From the NCBI GenBank assembly GCA_965246715.1, contig CBDFFH010000049.1, forward strand, positions 32,001 through 96,000: a stretch of DNA of 64,000 nucleotides, written 5' to 3'. The first letter of the stretch is position 1. Every line of letters starts with the position of its first letter. The translations under genes were made by a program, and so were the position numbers. Origin of the DNA: Chamaesiphon sp. Its GTDB lineage: Bacteria > Cyanobacteriota > Cyanobacteriia > Cyanobacteriales > Chamaesiphonaceae. Under the pieces are notes generated by a model. That model was not told the origin of the DNA and searched no databases. It saw only the letters and a list, made by a program, of their open reading frames with translations. This document shows, in pieces, positions 19,358 through 28,331 of the stretch.

Positions 19358-20803
19358 CTATTGGTTACCGCTCGATTGGTTCAAGAGTTTGGATAATGTC
19401 AACAATGCAAAAGAGATTGCTGTAACCAAAATTGTGAGGAGTACTAAAATCGAAATTCCTTTGATGCCACCAGTCATCATCCCACCGATTTTAGCTGGCG
19501 AAAAGATCGCAAAGATGGCGATGTTGGAAATCACGGCGATCGCCAGCAGTTGCAGTTTATCAAATTTACCGCCGCTATAGCTAAATATCACCAATGCTGC
19601 CAACAGTGCCAACCACAATCCCGAAAAATACCACGCCGTACCCAAGAAACTAAAGATCGCCACGGCTAAGAGCCAACTACCCGAACCAAATAGCGCTGAG
19701 TGACGCAGCGGTTGCCACAGAGTCAGAGAGGGGATGGGTGTGGGTGTCGTCGGCGACGGGGAAGATTGGGGTGGTGAAGACCACGGCTGTGAACCCATCG
19801 GCGCTGAGAGCGGTCTGGATGGTGAATTTCTCACTCCAGTACGCGGCAGATTTTCGGGCAAGAGATTGCTTTCTTCTAGTGCAGATAGTACTTCTCCTGC
19901 TGACTGGTAGCGTTCTCTAGCCTGGGAGCTAGTCATGCGCGACAAAATATTCGCCAACTGGGGAGCGATGTCGATACTACTATGCCAGTTCCCTAACATC
20001 TCCCTAAACCCTTCATCCTTGGGATTCTTGCCAGTCATTAGTGACATACAGGATGCGCCCAACGAGTACAAATCACTAGCAGGCGATACCGCACCACCCA
20101 TCATTTGTTCGGGAGAGGCATAGCCATCGGTACCGATGACGATCGATTGTTGAGTAGGCAGTCCATTCATTACTTGCTTGACCGCACCAAAATCGATGAG
20201 ATAAATATCCCCATTACTCGATTTCATCACATTTGCTGGTTTGATATCGCGATGGATCGCCCCGCAATCGTGAACTGCTTCTAAAGTAGGCAAAATTTGA
20301 TACAAGAAAGTGACGATTTGAGCGGATGAATATCGCTCGTTACGACCGATCGGAGCTGCTAAATCTTCACCTTCAATATATTGCTGAACTAAGTAATATA
20401 ATTCTTGTTCGATATTGGTATTTGGATCGGTATCTTTGACAATAAAATAGTCAAATAGCGTCGGAATTTTGGGTATCTCGCTGAGTAAATCCAAGCTTTG
20501 CGCTTCGCGCTCGAATAAGGTTTTGATTTTTGAGATTTGGTCGGGCTTTAATATGGTCGTCGGACGTAATTGTTTGACAATACATCTGCGACCTTTGATA
20601 TTAAGATCGATCGCCACAAATGTCACGCCAAAGGCTCCCGCCCCTAATTGCTCGATCGGGATATACTTACCACTGAGGACTAATGGCATCCGACAGCTAG
20701 TGCAATACCGCTGAAACGATTGTCCCGGAACGAGTGCCGTTTCTAGCTCGGCAATACTGTTGAGCGGGGTGTGACAGGTTGGGCGGGTGCAGTATACATG
20801 CAT
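19358..20803 (-). CDS. Hanks-type Ser/Thr protein kinase with N-terminal Cys4 ribbon and C-terminal membrane domain
   Basis: YCTRPTC...YCTSC, LGAGAFG, HRDIKPAN, LIDFG, SDLYSLG motifs, a Pro/Ser linker and about 4 TM helices. Confidence 0.93.
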   Translation of the reverse strand: MHVYCTRPTCHTPLNSIAELETALVPGQSFQRYCTSCRMPLVLSGKYIPIEQLGAGAFGVTFVAIDLNIKGRRCIVKQLRPTTILKPDQISKIKTLFEREAQSLDLLSEIPKIPTLFDYFIVKDTDPNTNIEQELYYLVQQYIEGEDLAAPIGRNERYSSAQIVTFLYQILPTLEAVHDCGAIHRDIKPANVMKSSNGDIYLIDFGAVKQVMNGLPTQQSIVIGTDGYASPEQMMGGAVSPASDLYSLGASCMSLMTGKNPKDEGFREMLGNWHSSIDIAPQLANILSRMTSSQARERYQSAGEVLSALEESNLLPENLPRTGVRNSPSRPLSAPMGSQPWSSPPQSSPSPTTPTPIPSLTLWQPLRHSALFGSGSWLLAVAIFSFLGTAWYFSGLWLALLAALVIFSYSGGKFDKLQLLAIAVISNIAIFAIFSPAKIGGMMTGGIKGISILVLLTILVTAISFALLTLSKLLNQSSGNQ

Positions 20804-21064
20804 AGCATCAAAGCCGTGGGTAATAAATGAGTCGTAACGTTGGCGGGATGCTCGAATATCGATTTAATGTAGCTGAGGGTGAAAATTCTCACTCTATGTG
20901 CTGAAGTTTGCGTGGGTGCTAATTCATAACTTTATCTTACAGAAGTTAAGATCGATCTACAACGGTCAAAATTCCCATCCATAAGTCTTTTTACTTAGTT
21001 GGGCGCTGGGATGGCAAATTATGCAGATTGTAGCCAATCTAATCGATCGGGGCCGCGAGCCGAC

Positions 21065-22120
21065 TTAAAAAAGGTTGGGTTGGTAATACTCTTTACCTTT
21101 CCCAACAAACTGCGTCGTGTAAGCCTCCCGATAGTTAGTATCTGATTTATATACCCCTACTTTCGTCATATCATCAAACAAAGTTTTCCACCGAATATCG
21201 GTCATCATGCCGATCCCTTTGGTCTGGGCATCTCCACCCTGAATGATTTGAAGTTCCTTGAGTTTTGTTATACTATAGCTTAATAACTCATCGGTCATTT
21301 CCGGATTATCTTTTTTAATCAGTTTATTTCCGGCTGTAGGATCGGCAAGGTAACTGTACCATCCCTTAATTGAAGCATCGACAAATCTTTGAACTAATTC
21401 GGGTTTGGTTTCCACCAATCTCTTGGTGGTCTCGATCGTAAAGTCATAAGGATTATAACCAGCATCGGCTACTAACATAACTACTGGCTTAAATTTACCT
21501 TCTTTCTCGATCGAAAATGGTTCGGAAGTAACGATCCCTTGTTGAGTGACTTTTTTATCGGCGAGAAATGGTTTGATATCAAAATTATAAGGACGTAATT
21601 GACTATCGCTAAACCCGTATTTCTTCCGGAAAAATGGCCAATAAGTAGAGGCTCCAGCCGAGGCAACATAGATCGGGCGACCTTTTAATTGGGAGATCGA
21701 ACTCACGCCAGTATTTGGATGGGCGATGATTACCGATGAAGCCTTCTGGAAAATTGCGGCGACAGTAACTTTGGGAAGATTGGTTTCGATCGCTTTAATT
21801 GCTTCGTATCCCGTGCTGACAGCTAAATCGATCCCACCCAACATTAATAACAACCCATTATTAACGCGAGGCCCACCTTGAATAATTTTGACATCCAATC
21901 CATGCTTCTGATAAATACCCTCAGCGACGGCTTGATAGTAGCCACCATACTCGGCTTCAGCAACCCAGGATAGTCCAAAGTTAATCTTGTCTAATTTACC
22001 AGTATTAATCGCAACTGTCGAGGCCGATTTGCCAGTCCGATCGCAAGCTGTTGTTAAGATTGTCGCTCCCAATCCTAGCGAGCAATACTGCAAGAATTTA
22101 CGTCTATTTCGATCGAACAT
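21065..22120 (-). CDS. ABC transporter substrate-binding lipoprotein, NMT1/THI5-like family
   Basis: Twin-arginine signal NRRKFL with lipobox TTAC, plus WVAEAEYGGYYQA and GIVTSEPF. Confidence 0.88.
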   Translation of the reverse strand: MFDRNRRKFLQYCSLGLGATILTTACDRTGKSASTVAINTGKLDKINFGLSWVAEAEYGGYYQAVAEGIYQKHGLDVKIIQGGPRVNNGLLLMLGGIDLAVSTGYEAIKAIETNLPKVTVAAIFQKASSVIIAHPNTGVSSISQLKGRPIYVASAGASTYWPFFRKKYGFSDSQLRPYNFDIKPFLADKKVTQQGIVTSEPFSIEKEGKFKPVVMLVADAGYNPYDFTIETTKRLVETKPELVQRFVDASIKGWYSYLADPTAGNKLIKKDNPEMTDELLSYSITKLKELQIIQGGDAQTKGIGMMTDIRWKTLFDDMTKVGVYKSDTNYREAYTTQFVGKGKEYYQPNLF

Positions 22121-22174
22121 TTTAGCTAATTTAGATAGATAGATTTATTAAGAATTCAGCTTGATTCTGCGGCA

Positions 22175-23005
22175 TTAGAACTGACGATCTCTCGTTTCAT
22201 GCCAATGTCCGATCGCCAATCCCGAACAGATCGATAACACTGTGAAAATCACAATTCCCAACCCCGTTGTCATCAATAGCGCCGCAAACATTTTCGGGAT
22301 CTGAAGATTGTAACTAGAGATCAAGATCTGATAAGCGATTCCTGAATTCACGCCACCAGTTCCTGCCACAAATTCTGCTACCACAGCACCAATGAGTGCC
22401 AACCCGCCGCTAATTCTCAAGCCAGTCAAAAAATAAGGCAAGGCACTAGGTAATCGTAGATAGATCAGAGTTTGCCATCGAGATGCACTATAAAGTTGAA
22501 AGACGCGAGTTAATACTCGATCGCAACTATTGAGTCCGAACGTCGTATTCGCAATGATGGGAAATATCGCCACAATCCAAGCACAAACGACAAGAGCTGC
22601 AAAAGTATTGTTTTTAAATAATACAATAATCCACGGCGCGATCGCCGCGATCGGCATAGTTTGTAATAAAACAGCGTAGGGAAACAAACTACGTTCGATC
22701 CATTTACTTTGAGCGAACAAAATCGATATCGCTACACCAGAGACTACAGCTAGAAGTAATGCAACTAGGGCGATCTGAGCAGTAATCCCTAAAGCAGCAA
22801 TTAGCGTCGGCCATTCTTGGATTAAAGTTTTGAGAATCAAACTCGGTGGTGGTAATAAATATGGGGGAATCTGGTTGATATAAACAACCGATTCCCATAG
22901 CAAAACTACAAATCCACCTGTCGCAATTGGGGCGATAATATCGATCGACTGGAGTCGGCTGAGTTTGAGTAATTTGATGATGTTCATGAATTTTGGAGGT
23001 AACAA
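22175..23005 (-). CDS. ABC transporter permease (SsuC/TauC-like)
   Basis: PYLLPPPS, LQTMP and LRLPSALPYFLTGLRISGGLALIGAVVAEF motifs. Start codon uncertain. Confidence 0.9.
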   Translation of the reverse strand: MLPPKFMNIIKLLKLSRLQSIDIIAPIATGGFVVLLWESVVYINQIPPYLLPPPSLILKTLIQEWPTLIAALGITAQIALVALLLAVVSGVAISILFAQSKWIERSLFPYAVLLQTMPIAAIAPWIIVLFKNNTFAALVVCAWIVAIFPIIANTTFGLNSCDRVLTRVFQLYSASRWQTLIYLRLPSALPYFLTGLRISGGLALIGAVVAEFVAGTGGVNSGIAYQILISSYNLQIPKMFAALLMTTGLGIVIFTVLSICSGLAIGHWHETRDRQF

Positions 23006-23069
23006 CTTCCGTCGCGCCTAGATAACGTCAGCTCGGGTTAAGCAGCCGGAGGTAAAACCCATTCAAACC

Positions 23070-23276
23070 CATTTGATGTAACTCTTCTGTATATTTTTGG
23101 CAATGTGGACAATTCATCCCTTCGACTAATATCTCTAGCTTTAGTGATATCATTTCTTCTACTTCTGCACATGTTTCTACCATCACCCCTGGCAGATTTA
23201 ATAAATAATTCAGATTGAATCTCATTCGACTATTTGTATTGACTTATACATTTTACCCCACAAGCTCAGGAGAGCC
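23070..23276 (-). mobile_element. Truncated ISL3 left end with transposase N-terminal fragment
   Basis: End begins GGCTCT (23271-23276, minus strand). ORF MRFNLNYLLNLPGV...MNCPHCQKYTEELHQ then breaks off. Confidence 0.8.
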
Positions 23277-23519
23277 ATTTAAAGTCATCGATCGCGGCTA
23301 ATATGCGATCTAATCTACGAGTTTACTCGATTTTAGCTCTGATAATCGAACCTAACCTTACCGATCCGATCGATTATGGATCGAGTCAATTCGCATCGAG
23401 TTGCAACTAAAAAAATCTGAGCAGTTACCGCAAGTAGCAAGAGAACAAATCGAGCATCAGAATCCGTTGACTTGGGTGTTAGCGGTAAATTGTGGCGATA
23501 AGTTATTGAATCTATGCGA

Positions 23520-23753
23520 TGCTAAACCTTTCGAAGTAGATGATTGGAAACCTTTTGCACAGATGAATGTAGTGTTGTTGGCGGAGTTTTTACGCTCCTG
23601 TGCCAGTCATGTAAATCTCAAACGTTTCTTATCATCTCTACGAGGGGCTAAAAAGCCGACCGCCAAGAAGAAGTATGACCCCAATCATCCTCATGTTGCT
23701 ACTTTCCGGCTTCTCACTACTTAGTCATGCTTTTGTTACCTTAACAGGGGTAG
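23520..23753 (+). mobile_element. IS4-family transposase C-terminal remnant with putative right end
   Basis: ...VNLKRFLSSLRGAKKP...HPHVATFRLL resembles IS4 transposase C-termini and is followed by ACCTTAACAGGGGT. Left boundary approximate. Confidence 0.6.
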
Positions 23754-23825
23754 TTGAGGATACGTTTAAAGTGAGGTGATGCTGGTCTGTGTCGTTATCC
23801 TATATGAGATAATTACCGATCGAAG

Positions 23826-25439
23826 TTAGTCTTTAGTACCAAATAATAATAATCCCAAACCTACCAAAAATCCAAATAATAATCCTGAAAAATGACCGAC
23901 GATACTTGTATGTCCGTTCGTGAGATCGAAGATCAACTGAAAGCCGACACTAAACAACACTGCTTGAAATTGTCGTGCGGCAGATATTGCCTTTCCGCGT
24001 CGCCATCCCGTCAGGTGAATCGCCCCCATCGTCCCCAGTAGCCCCATAATCGCCCCCGACGCACCAACTGTTACGTGTGGTTCTGTCATCCAGCGGGTAT
24101 CGATATAAGTCACCATTGCCATCGAACCGATGCCCCCAAAGATATAGGTAATGATAAATCTGAATGTACCCAACCGATATTCGACGAACTTACCCAGATA
24201 GATCAACGCCACCATATTCATCGCTAAGTGCAAAAATCCTAGATGGAGAAAGTTAGCGGTGATAATTCGCCACCATTGGCCACCGACAACTAATGGCGCA
24301 ATCAATCCACCCCATTCGATAAAGCTTGCCTTGGGATTACCCGATCGATATTGCCAGTATAGTTCGGCACAGAAAACCAGCACATTGACCAAGATAATAA
24401 AATTAGTTGCTGGAGTGGATATATCTGCAGGTGTCTGGCTGCTATACTTGGCCTCTTGAGCGGTTTGGGCTTCAATTTGGCCGAGGATCTTCCAATCTTC
24501 AGGAGTCAGCTTGTCCAAATCCGGCAATGGTTGAGACAATCGCCAAGTGATATCTTCTTGGATCGATCGATCGGTAGTTAGCTGCTGAAGTCGAGTTAAG
24601 TCGGCTCTTGCTGCCTCAACATTGCCGTTAGCCAATTCAGCAGTGCTAATCCAAAATTGATGTACCGTCTCTGGGTACATCGCGAGAATCCGCTGACATG
24701 ACTGCCTCACCGCCTCGACTCGCCCACAAAAGGCGAGGATATACATACGCACAAGATTTAACTGCTGGAGATTGATTTGGCGATCGTGTTCCAAATTTGT
24801 TAGTTCGGTAATACAGCCACGCAGGTCGCCGATTTCTGCCAGCGCCCGGACGTAGTAAACCAGTGTCATCCCTTGTCCGAGCTTTTTTTCTGGCAACGCG
24901 CGGTTTATTTTTGCCAAGGTCATCCGTCTGACCAAAATTAGCCGCTGTCTGACCCACGCCACATAATCATGCCAGCGATCGGTCGAACGATATAATAAGG
25001 CTGTCGCCGAGCGATCGAGTTCCGTCCGATCGTCTGATTGATAGCGATCGAAAATCGCATCTGCTGCCTCAATTTGCCCCATGTGAGCTAGAGAAATTCC
25101 CTGCAAGAGGTGGTGATAAGTCCACATCCCGTCCGTTGGTAATAGCCATCGTAGCCACTTCGCCAACCGACTGGCGGCGAGATACTGTGAGTTGGCGACC
25201 AAAGCTTCAAGGCGATACATCAGATACATCGGTAGTAGTAATAATCCCACCCATGCAGCCATCCCGATTTTCACCGCTTGCTGCGGCACGAGATACCAAC
25301 TTACACCGAAGACCACCAACACGACGATTGCCGCCATTTTGCTGCTAGAATTGCTGCGAGAAGTTGGCAACAATGTCGCCACACAGGAAAAGACGGCGAT
25401 CTGAATTAAAACAATACTGGTGAAGTCCATTCGCAACAA
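23826..25439 (-). CDS. Rhomboid-family intramembrane serine protease with large N-terminal extension
   Basis: QWWRIITANFLH, HLAMNM, GASG catalytic motif and GHFSGL. Confidence 0.92.
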   Translation of the reverse strand: MLRMDFTSIVLIQIAVFSCVATLLPTSRSNSSSKMAAIVVLVVFGVSWYLVPQQAVKIGMAAWVGLLLLPMYLMYRLEALVANSQYLAASRLAKWLRWLLPTDGMWTYHHLLQGISLAHMGQIEAADAIFDRYQSDDRTELDRSATALLYRSTDRWHDYVAWVRQRLILVRRMTLAKINRALPEKKLGQGMTLVYYVRALAEIGDLRGCITELTNLEHDRQINLQQLNLVRMYILAFCGRVEAVRQSCQRILAMYPETVHQFWISTAELANGNVEAARADLTRLQQLTTDRSIQEDITWRLSQPLPDLDKLTPEDWKILGQIEAQTAQEAKYSSQTPADISTPATNFIILVNVLVFCAELYWQYRSGNPKASFIEWGGLIAPLVVGGQWWRIITANFLHLGFLHLAMNMVALIYLGKFVEYRLGTFRFIITYIFGGIGSMAMVTYIDTRWMTEPHVTVGASGAIMGLLGTMGAIHLTGWRRGKAISAARQFQAVLFSVGFQLIFDLTNGHTSIVGHFSGLLFGFLVGLGLLLFGTKD

Positions 25440-25457
25440 CAGAAGATAGCTGTTTAT

Positions 25458-26069
25458 TTAGTGCTGAAACAGGGCAAGGATGCCAAAGATTACAAATAAG
25501 CCGCCACCAATGAGTGTAATCGAGCGCTCTGAAATTCTTGCCGCGATCGATCTCCCTGCAATGACCGCAATCGCCGCACAAATCGTATGCCCCAAAATCG
25601 CCCCGATCGACACTCCCACAGGATTATTTGCTGCCGCTAATGCAATCGTAGCAAATTGCGTTCGATCGCCCCATTCAGCAATGAAAATTAAGGTAAATGC
25701 TTCCAGTACCATCTTCATCGGACTGGGGCTACCAAATTTACGCTCGGCTTTTTCAACCTCAGCTTCAGCTTCGGCTAACTCTCCACCTGCCTCGTTTGGC
25801 GACATTTTCCAGCCTCGATCCAGTAGCTTCAGGCCAAAAAATAGGAACAGGATGCTTTCAGCGTAACGCAGATAATTTAGATCGACTACTGTAAATATGA
25901 GACCGACTAGTACCGATAGCACAGTCATAATCGCTAATGCCAATGTCGTGCCGATAAACACCCAGCGCCGAGGGTGGCGAAACGCGAGAATCATCGTAAT
26001 TAAAAAACTTTTGTCCCCCAATTCGGCGGAGGTAATCAACAATAAGGATTGGGTAAATGCTTCTAGCAA
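25458..26069 (-). CDS. UPF0016/TMEM165/GDT1-family Mn2+/Ca2+ transporter (Mnx-like)
   Basis: Two signature motifs AELGDKS and AEWGDRTQ. Likely TTG start at 26069 with an AGGAG RBS at 26079-26083. Confidence 0.92.
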   Translation of the reverse strand: MLEAFTQSLLLITSAELGDKSFLITMILAFRHPRRWVFIGTTLALAIMTVLSVLVGLIFTVVDLNYLRYAESILFLFFGLKLLDRGWKMSPNEAGGELAEAEAEVEKAERKFGSPSPMKMVLEAFTLIFIAEWGDRTQFATIALAAANNPVGVSIGAILGHTICAAIAVIAGRSIAARISERSITLIGGGLFVIFGILALFQH

Positions 26070-26164
26070 CTCGATCGACTCCTGTAATATTAGCTCGGAG
26101 TGGAGCGAGGTTTCAGGCGCGGTCGACTTCACCTGCCCCACATCCAAATAGATGTGCAACATGG

Positions 26165-26292
26165 TGAAAGTCTCGCTCCCAAATTTTTGTTGTCAATCAC
26201 AACCTAAAAATCTGTCATCCGAACCAGGCTCATCGCCAGTATGTTGACTCGAATGGCTCAGTCTCAAACTCGACTGAGAGCTACTCCCTTTC
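26165..26292 (-). promoter_or_regulatory. yybP-ykoY manganese riboswitch
   Basis: Minus strand AAAGGGAGUAGC...GUCAACAUACU...GAGCGAGACUUU upstream of a UPF0016 gene, with a -10-like TAAGAT just upstream (about 26300-26305). Confidence 0.88.
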
Positions 26293-26433
26293 TGTCAAAA
26301 TCTTAGCATATTGACAGATCGAATGTTCGGATGTTCGAGCCAGCAGATCTCATTCGCGATCGCTCCACTAATTTGTTGAGGTGGTTAGGTTTCACTCTCC
26401 CAATCGCTTCAACTAAATTTACATCGATCGAGA

Positions 26434-26462
26434 TTGTCAATCGCGCACTGCTATGTTAGCTT
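26434..26462 (+). promoter_or_regulatory. Sigma70-type promoter
   Basis: TTGTCA-N17-TAGCTT with TG extension. Confidence 0.6.
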
Positions 26463-26468
26463 AAGTGC

Positions 26469-26751
26469 AGGTAGTAATGTACTCGTTGTTCCGAACAGCT
26501 AACCAATTAGTCAATTAGGAGGTGGTGCCCATGATCGAGAGTAGTACACGTCTGGGTCTCGAAACTGGAGTTAGCCGGCTGAGTGCTGGGACTGTCCTCT
26601 AGAATATCGTAGGTTTGTCTTTTTTAGAATCATTCTAGATTCATTCCTGTTCTGTAATAGAGTTTCTCTCAGCAGCCAGGTTCCAGCGAACAGACCCGCT
26701 AGACCGCTCCTAGTGTTAGCAGCTTGCTAATACTAGGAGCGGATAGTTTTT
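26469..26751 (+). ncRNA. Structured small RNA of about 280 nt containing a 23-codon ORF (possibly PmgR1/Ncr0700-like)
   Basis: Promoter upstream; AGGAGGTGGTGCCCATG; long-range pairing GGGTCT/AGACCC, CTGGA/TCCAG, GGCTG/CAGCC; strong terminator at the end. Confidence 0.6.
26704..26751 (+). terminator. Intrinsic terminator
   Basis: CCGCTCCTAGTGTTAGCA-GCT-TGCTAATACTAGGAGCGG followed by ATAGTTTTT. Confidence 0.8.
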
Positions 26752-26869
26752 GGGGACAGCTGAGAGTCGATCGTTGCTGGCGAGTTTAGATCGCTCTGTT
26801 TTAAACTTATTAGCTGAATGAAGTTTTCAGCGTTGTGACCAAAATCCAAAATCCAAAATCTAAAATCCC

Positions 26870-27661
26870 ATGTCCGATCGACCTTTAATTATTGCAGGTA
26901 AAACCTTTAACTCCCGACTGATGACGGGTACGGGGAAATATCGCAGCATTGCCGAAATGCAACACAGCATCATTGCTAGTGGCTGTGAAATCGTTACTGT
27001 GGCCGTGCGCCGAGTGCAAACCAAAGCCGCTGGACATGAAGGCTTGGCAGAAGCGATCGATTGGACTAAAATCTGGATGCTACCCAATACCGCTGGCTGT
27101 CAGACTGCCGAGGATGCAGTACGCGTGGCCAGATTGGGCCGAGAAATGGCCAAATTACTCGGACAGGAAGATAATAACTTTGTCAAACTTGAAGTCATCC
27201 CTGAAGGTAAATATCTCTTACCAGATCCGATCGGTACCCTCCAAGCAGCCGAACAGTTAGTCAAAGAGGGCTTTGCCGTACTCCCCTATATTAATGCCGA
27301 TCCACTACTCGCCAAACGCTTAGAAGAACTTGGCTGTGTGACTGTAATGCCCCTAGGTTCGCCCATCGGTTCGGGGCAGGGAATTAGAAATCTGGCGAAT
27401 ATTCAAATCATCATCGAAAATGCTAAGGTACCCGTTGTCGTCGATGCAGGCATCGGTACCCCCAGCGAAGCCGCTCAAGCAATGGAAATCGGCGCGGATG
27501 CCCTCTTGATCAATACCGCGATCGCTTGTGCTGAGGATGCCCCCCTGATGGCTCAGGCGATGAATTTAGCTACTACTGCGGGACGGTTTGCCTATATCGC
27601 AGGGAGAATCCCCATCAAATCGGTAGCCGTTGCTAGCTCTCCCACAACTGGAACGATTTAA
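26870..27661 (+). CDS. thiG: Thiazole synthase
   Basis: [35 protein letters not shown] and VDAGIG motifs. Confidence 0.97.
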   Translation: MSDRPLIIAGKTFNSRLMTGTGKYRSIAEMQHSIIASGCEIVTVAVRRVQTKAAGHEGLAEAIDWTKIWMLPNTAGCQTAEDAVRVARLGREMAKLLGQEDNNFVKLEVIPEGKYLLPDPIGTLQAAEQLVKEGFAVLPYINADPLLAKRLEELGCVTVMPLGSPIGSGQGIRNLANIQIIIENAKVPVVVDAGIGTPSEAAQAMEIGADALLINTAIACAEDAPLMAQAMNLATTAGRFAYIAGRIPIKSVAVASSPTTGTI

Positions 27662-27676
27662 GGTGTTGTCTAACCA

Positions 27677-28248
27677 TTTGACGAACTTTCGATCGTGTGG
27701 TTTGTTGCAGAATATCTTGCCACCGAAATCGGCGCGCGGACTATTTTTGCCACCCACTATCACGAGTTAAATGAATTGGCTCCGTTCCTCCCCTGTGGCA
27801 AACGATCGAGTCACGGTCAAAGAATTACCCGATAAAATTATCTTTCTCCACTAAGTTTGACCTGGTGGTGCGAGCAAATCCTACGGCATCCAAGCCGGAC
27901 GTTGGGCTGGGTTTGCTACCGAAGGTAATCGCTCGTGCCCACGAGGTCATAGCACAAATAGAGCAGCACATTAAAACCCACATTCCGCTAGTCCAAGCGA
28001 AGCTTGCGCGCCGTCTGCGGCGGTCGAAACATAATTAAAACGAAGCCATTGGATCGTAGCGATTGTATTCTCAATAAGCTAAGACTATTGAGAATATGCT
28101 GTCGATCGCCATAAAGGAGCTAAATCGCTAGAAAGGTTGCTACAACAGGATTGTAGATCTTATTATTTTTTAGCCGAACGCGCAAGCGCACCCCCAAGGG
28201 TGGTCGAACTAGCGGAATAGTGGGTTAAAATCGCCATCGGGCTAAGAG
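27677..28248 (+). pseudogene. mutS: MutS C-terminal (ATPase/HTH) remnant with stops, frameshifts and a MITE insertion
   Basis: [35 protein letters not shown] / [29 protein letters not shown] / VIARAHEVIAQIEQHIK|IAIGLR. Confidence 0.88.
27977..28224. mobile_element. 248-bp MITE with IS1634-like ends
   Basis: Ends CCCACATTCCGCTAGT and ACTAGCGGAATAGTGGG (1-nt indel). Flanking duplication TTAAAA at 27971-27976 and 28225-28230. Confidence 0.85.
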
Positions 28249-28273
28249 ATTCGGGGTCTTATATCTTTAAATT

Positions 28274-28306
28274 AAAAATCCCCCGCCACTATGTGACGAG
28301 GGATTC
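28274..28306 (-). terminator. Probable psaB terminator
   Basis: Minus strand hairpin AATCCCTCGTCAC-ATA-GTGGCGGGGGATT followed by a T run. Confidence 0.7.
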
Positions 28307-28331
28307 TATTCAACCGATAATAACTTCAGAC

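Noticed and set aside
26070..26162. N-terminal extension of the UPF0016 transporter
   Set aside because: It falls in the riboswitch leader, and a better TTG start with an AGGAG RBS lies at 26069.
26752..26869. TPP riboswitch upstream of thiG (contains GGGG...CTGAGAG)
   Set aside because: The downstream ACCTGAT...AATGCC..CGTAGG elements are absent.
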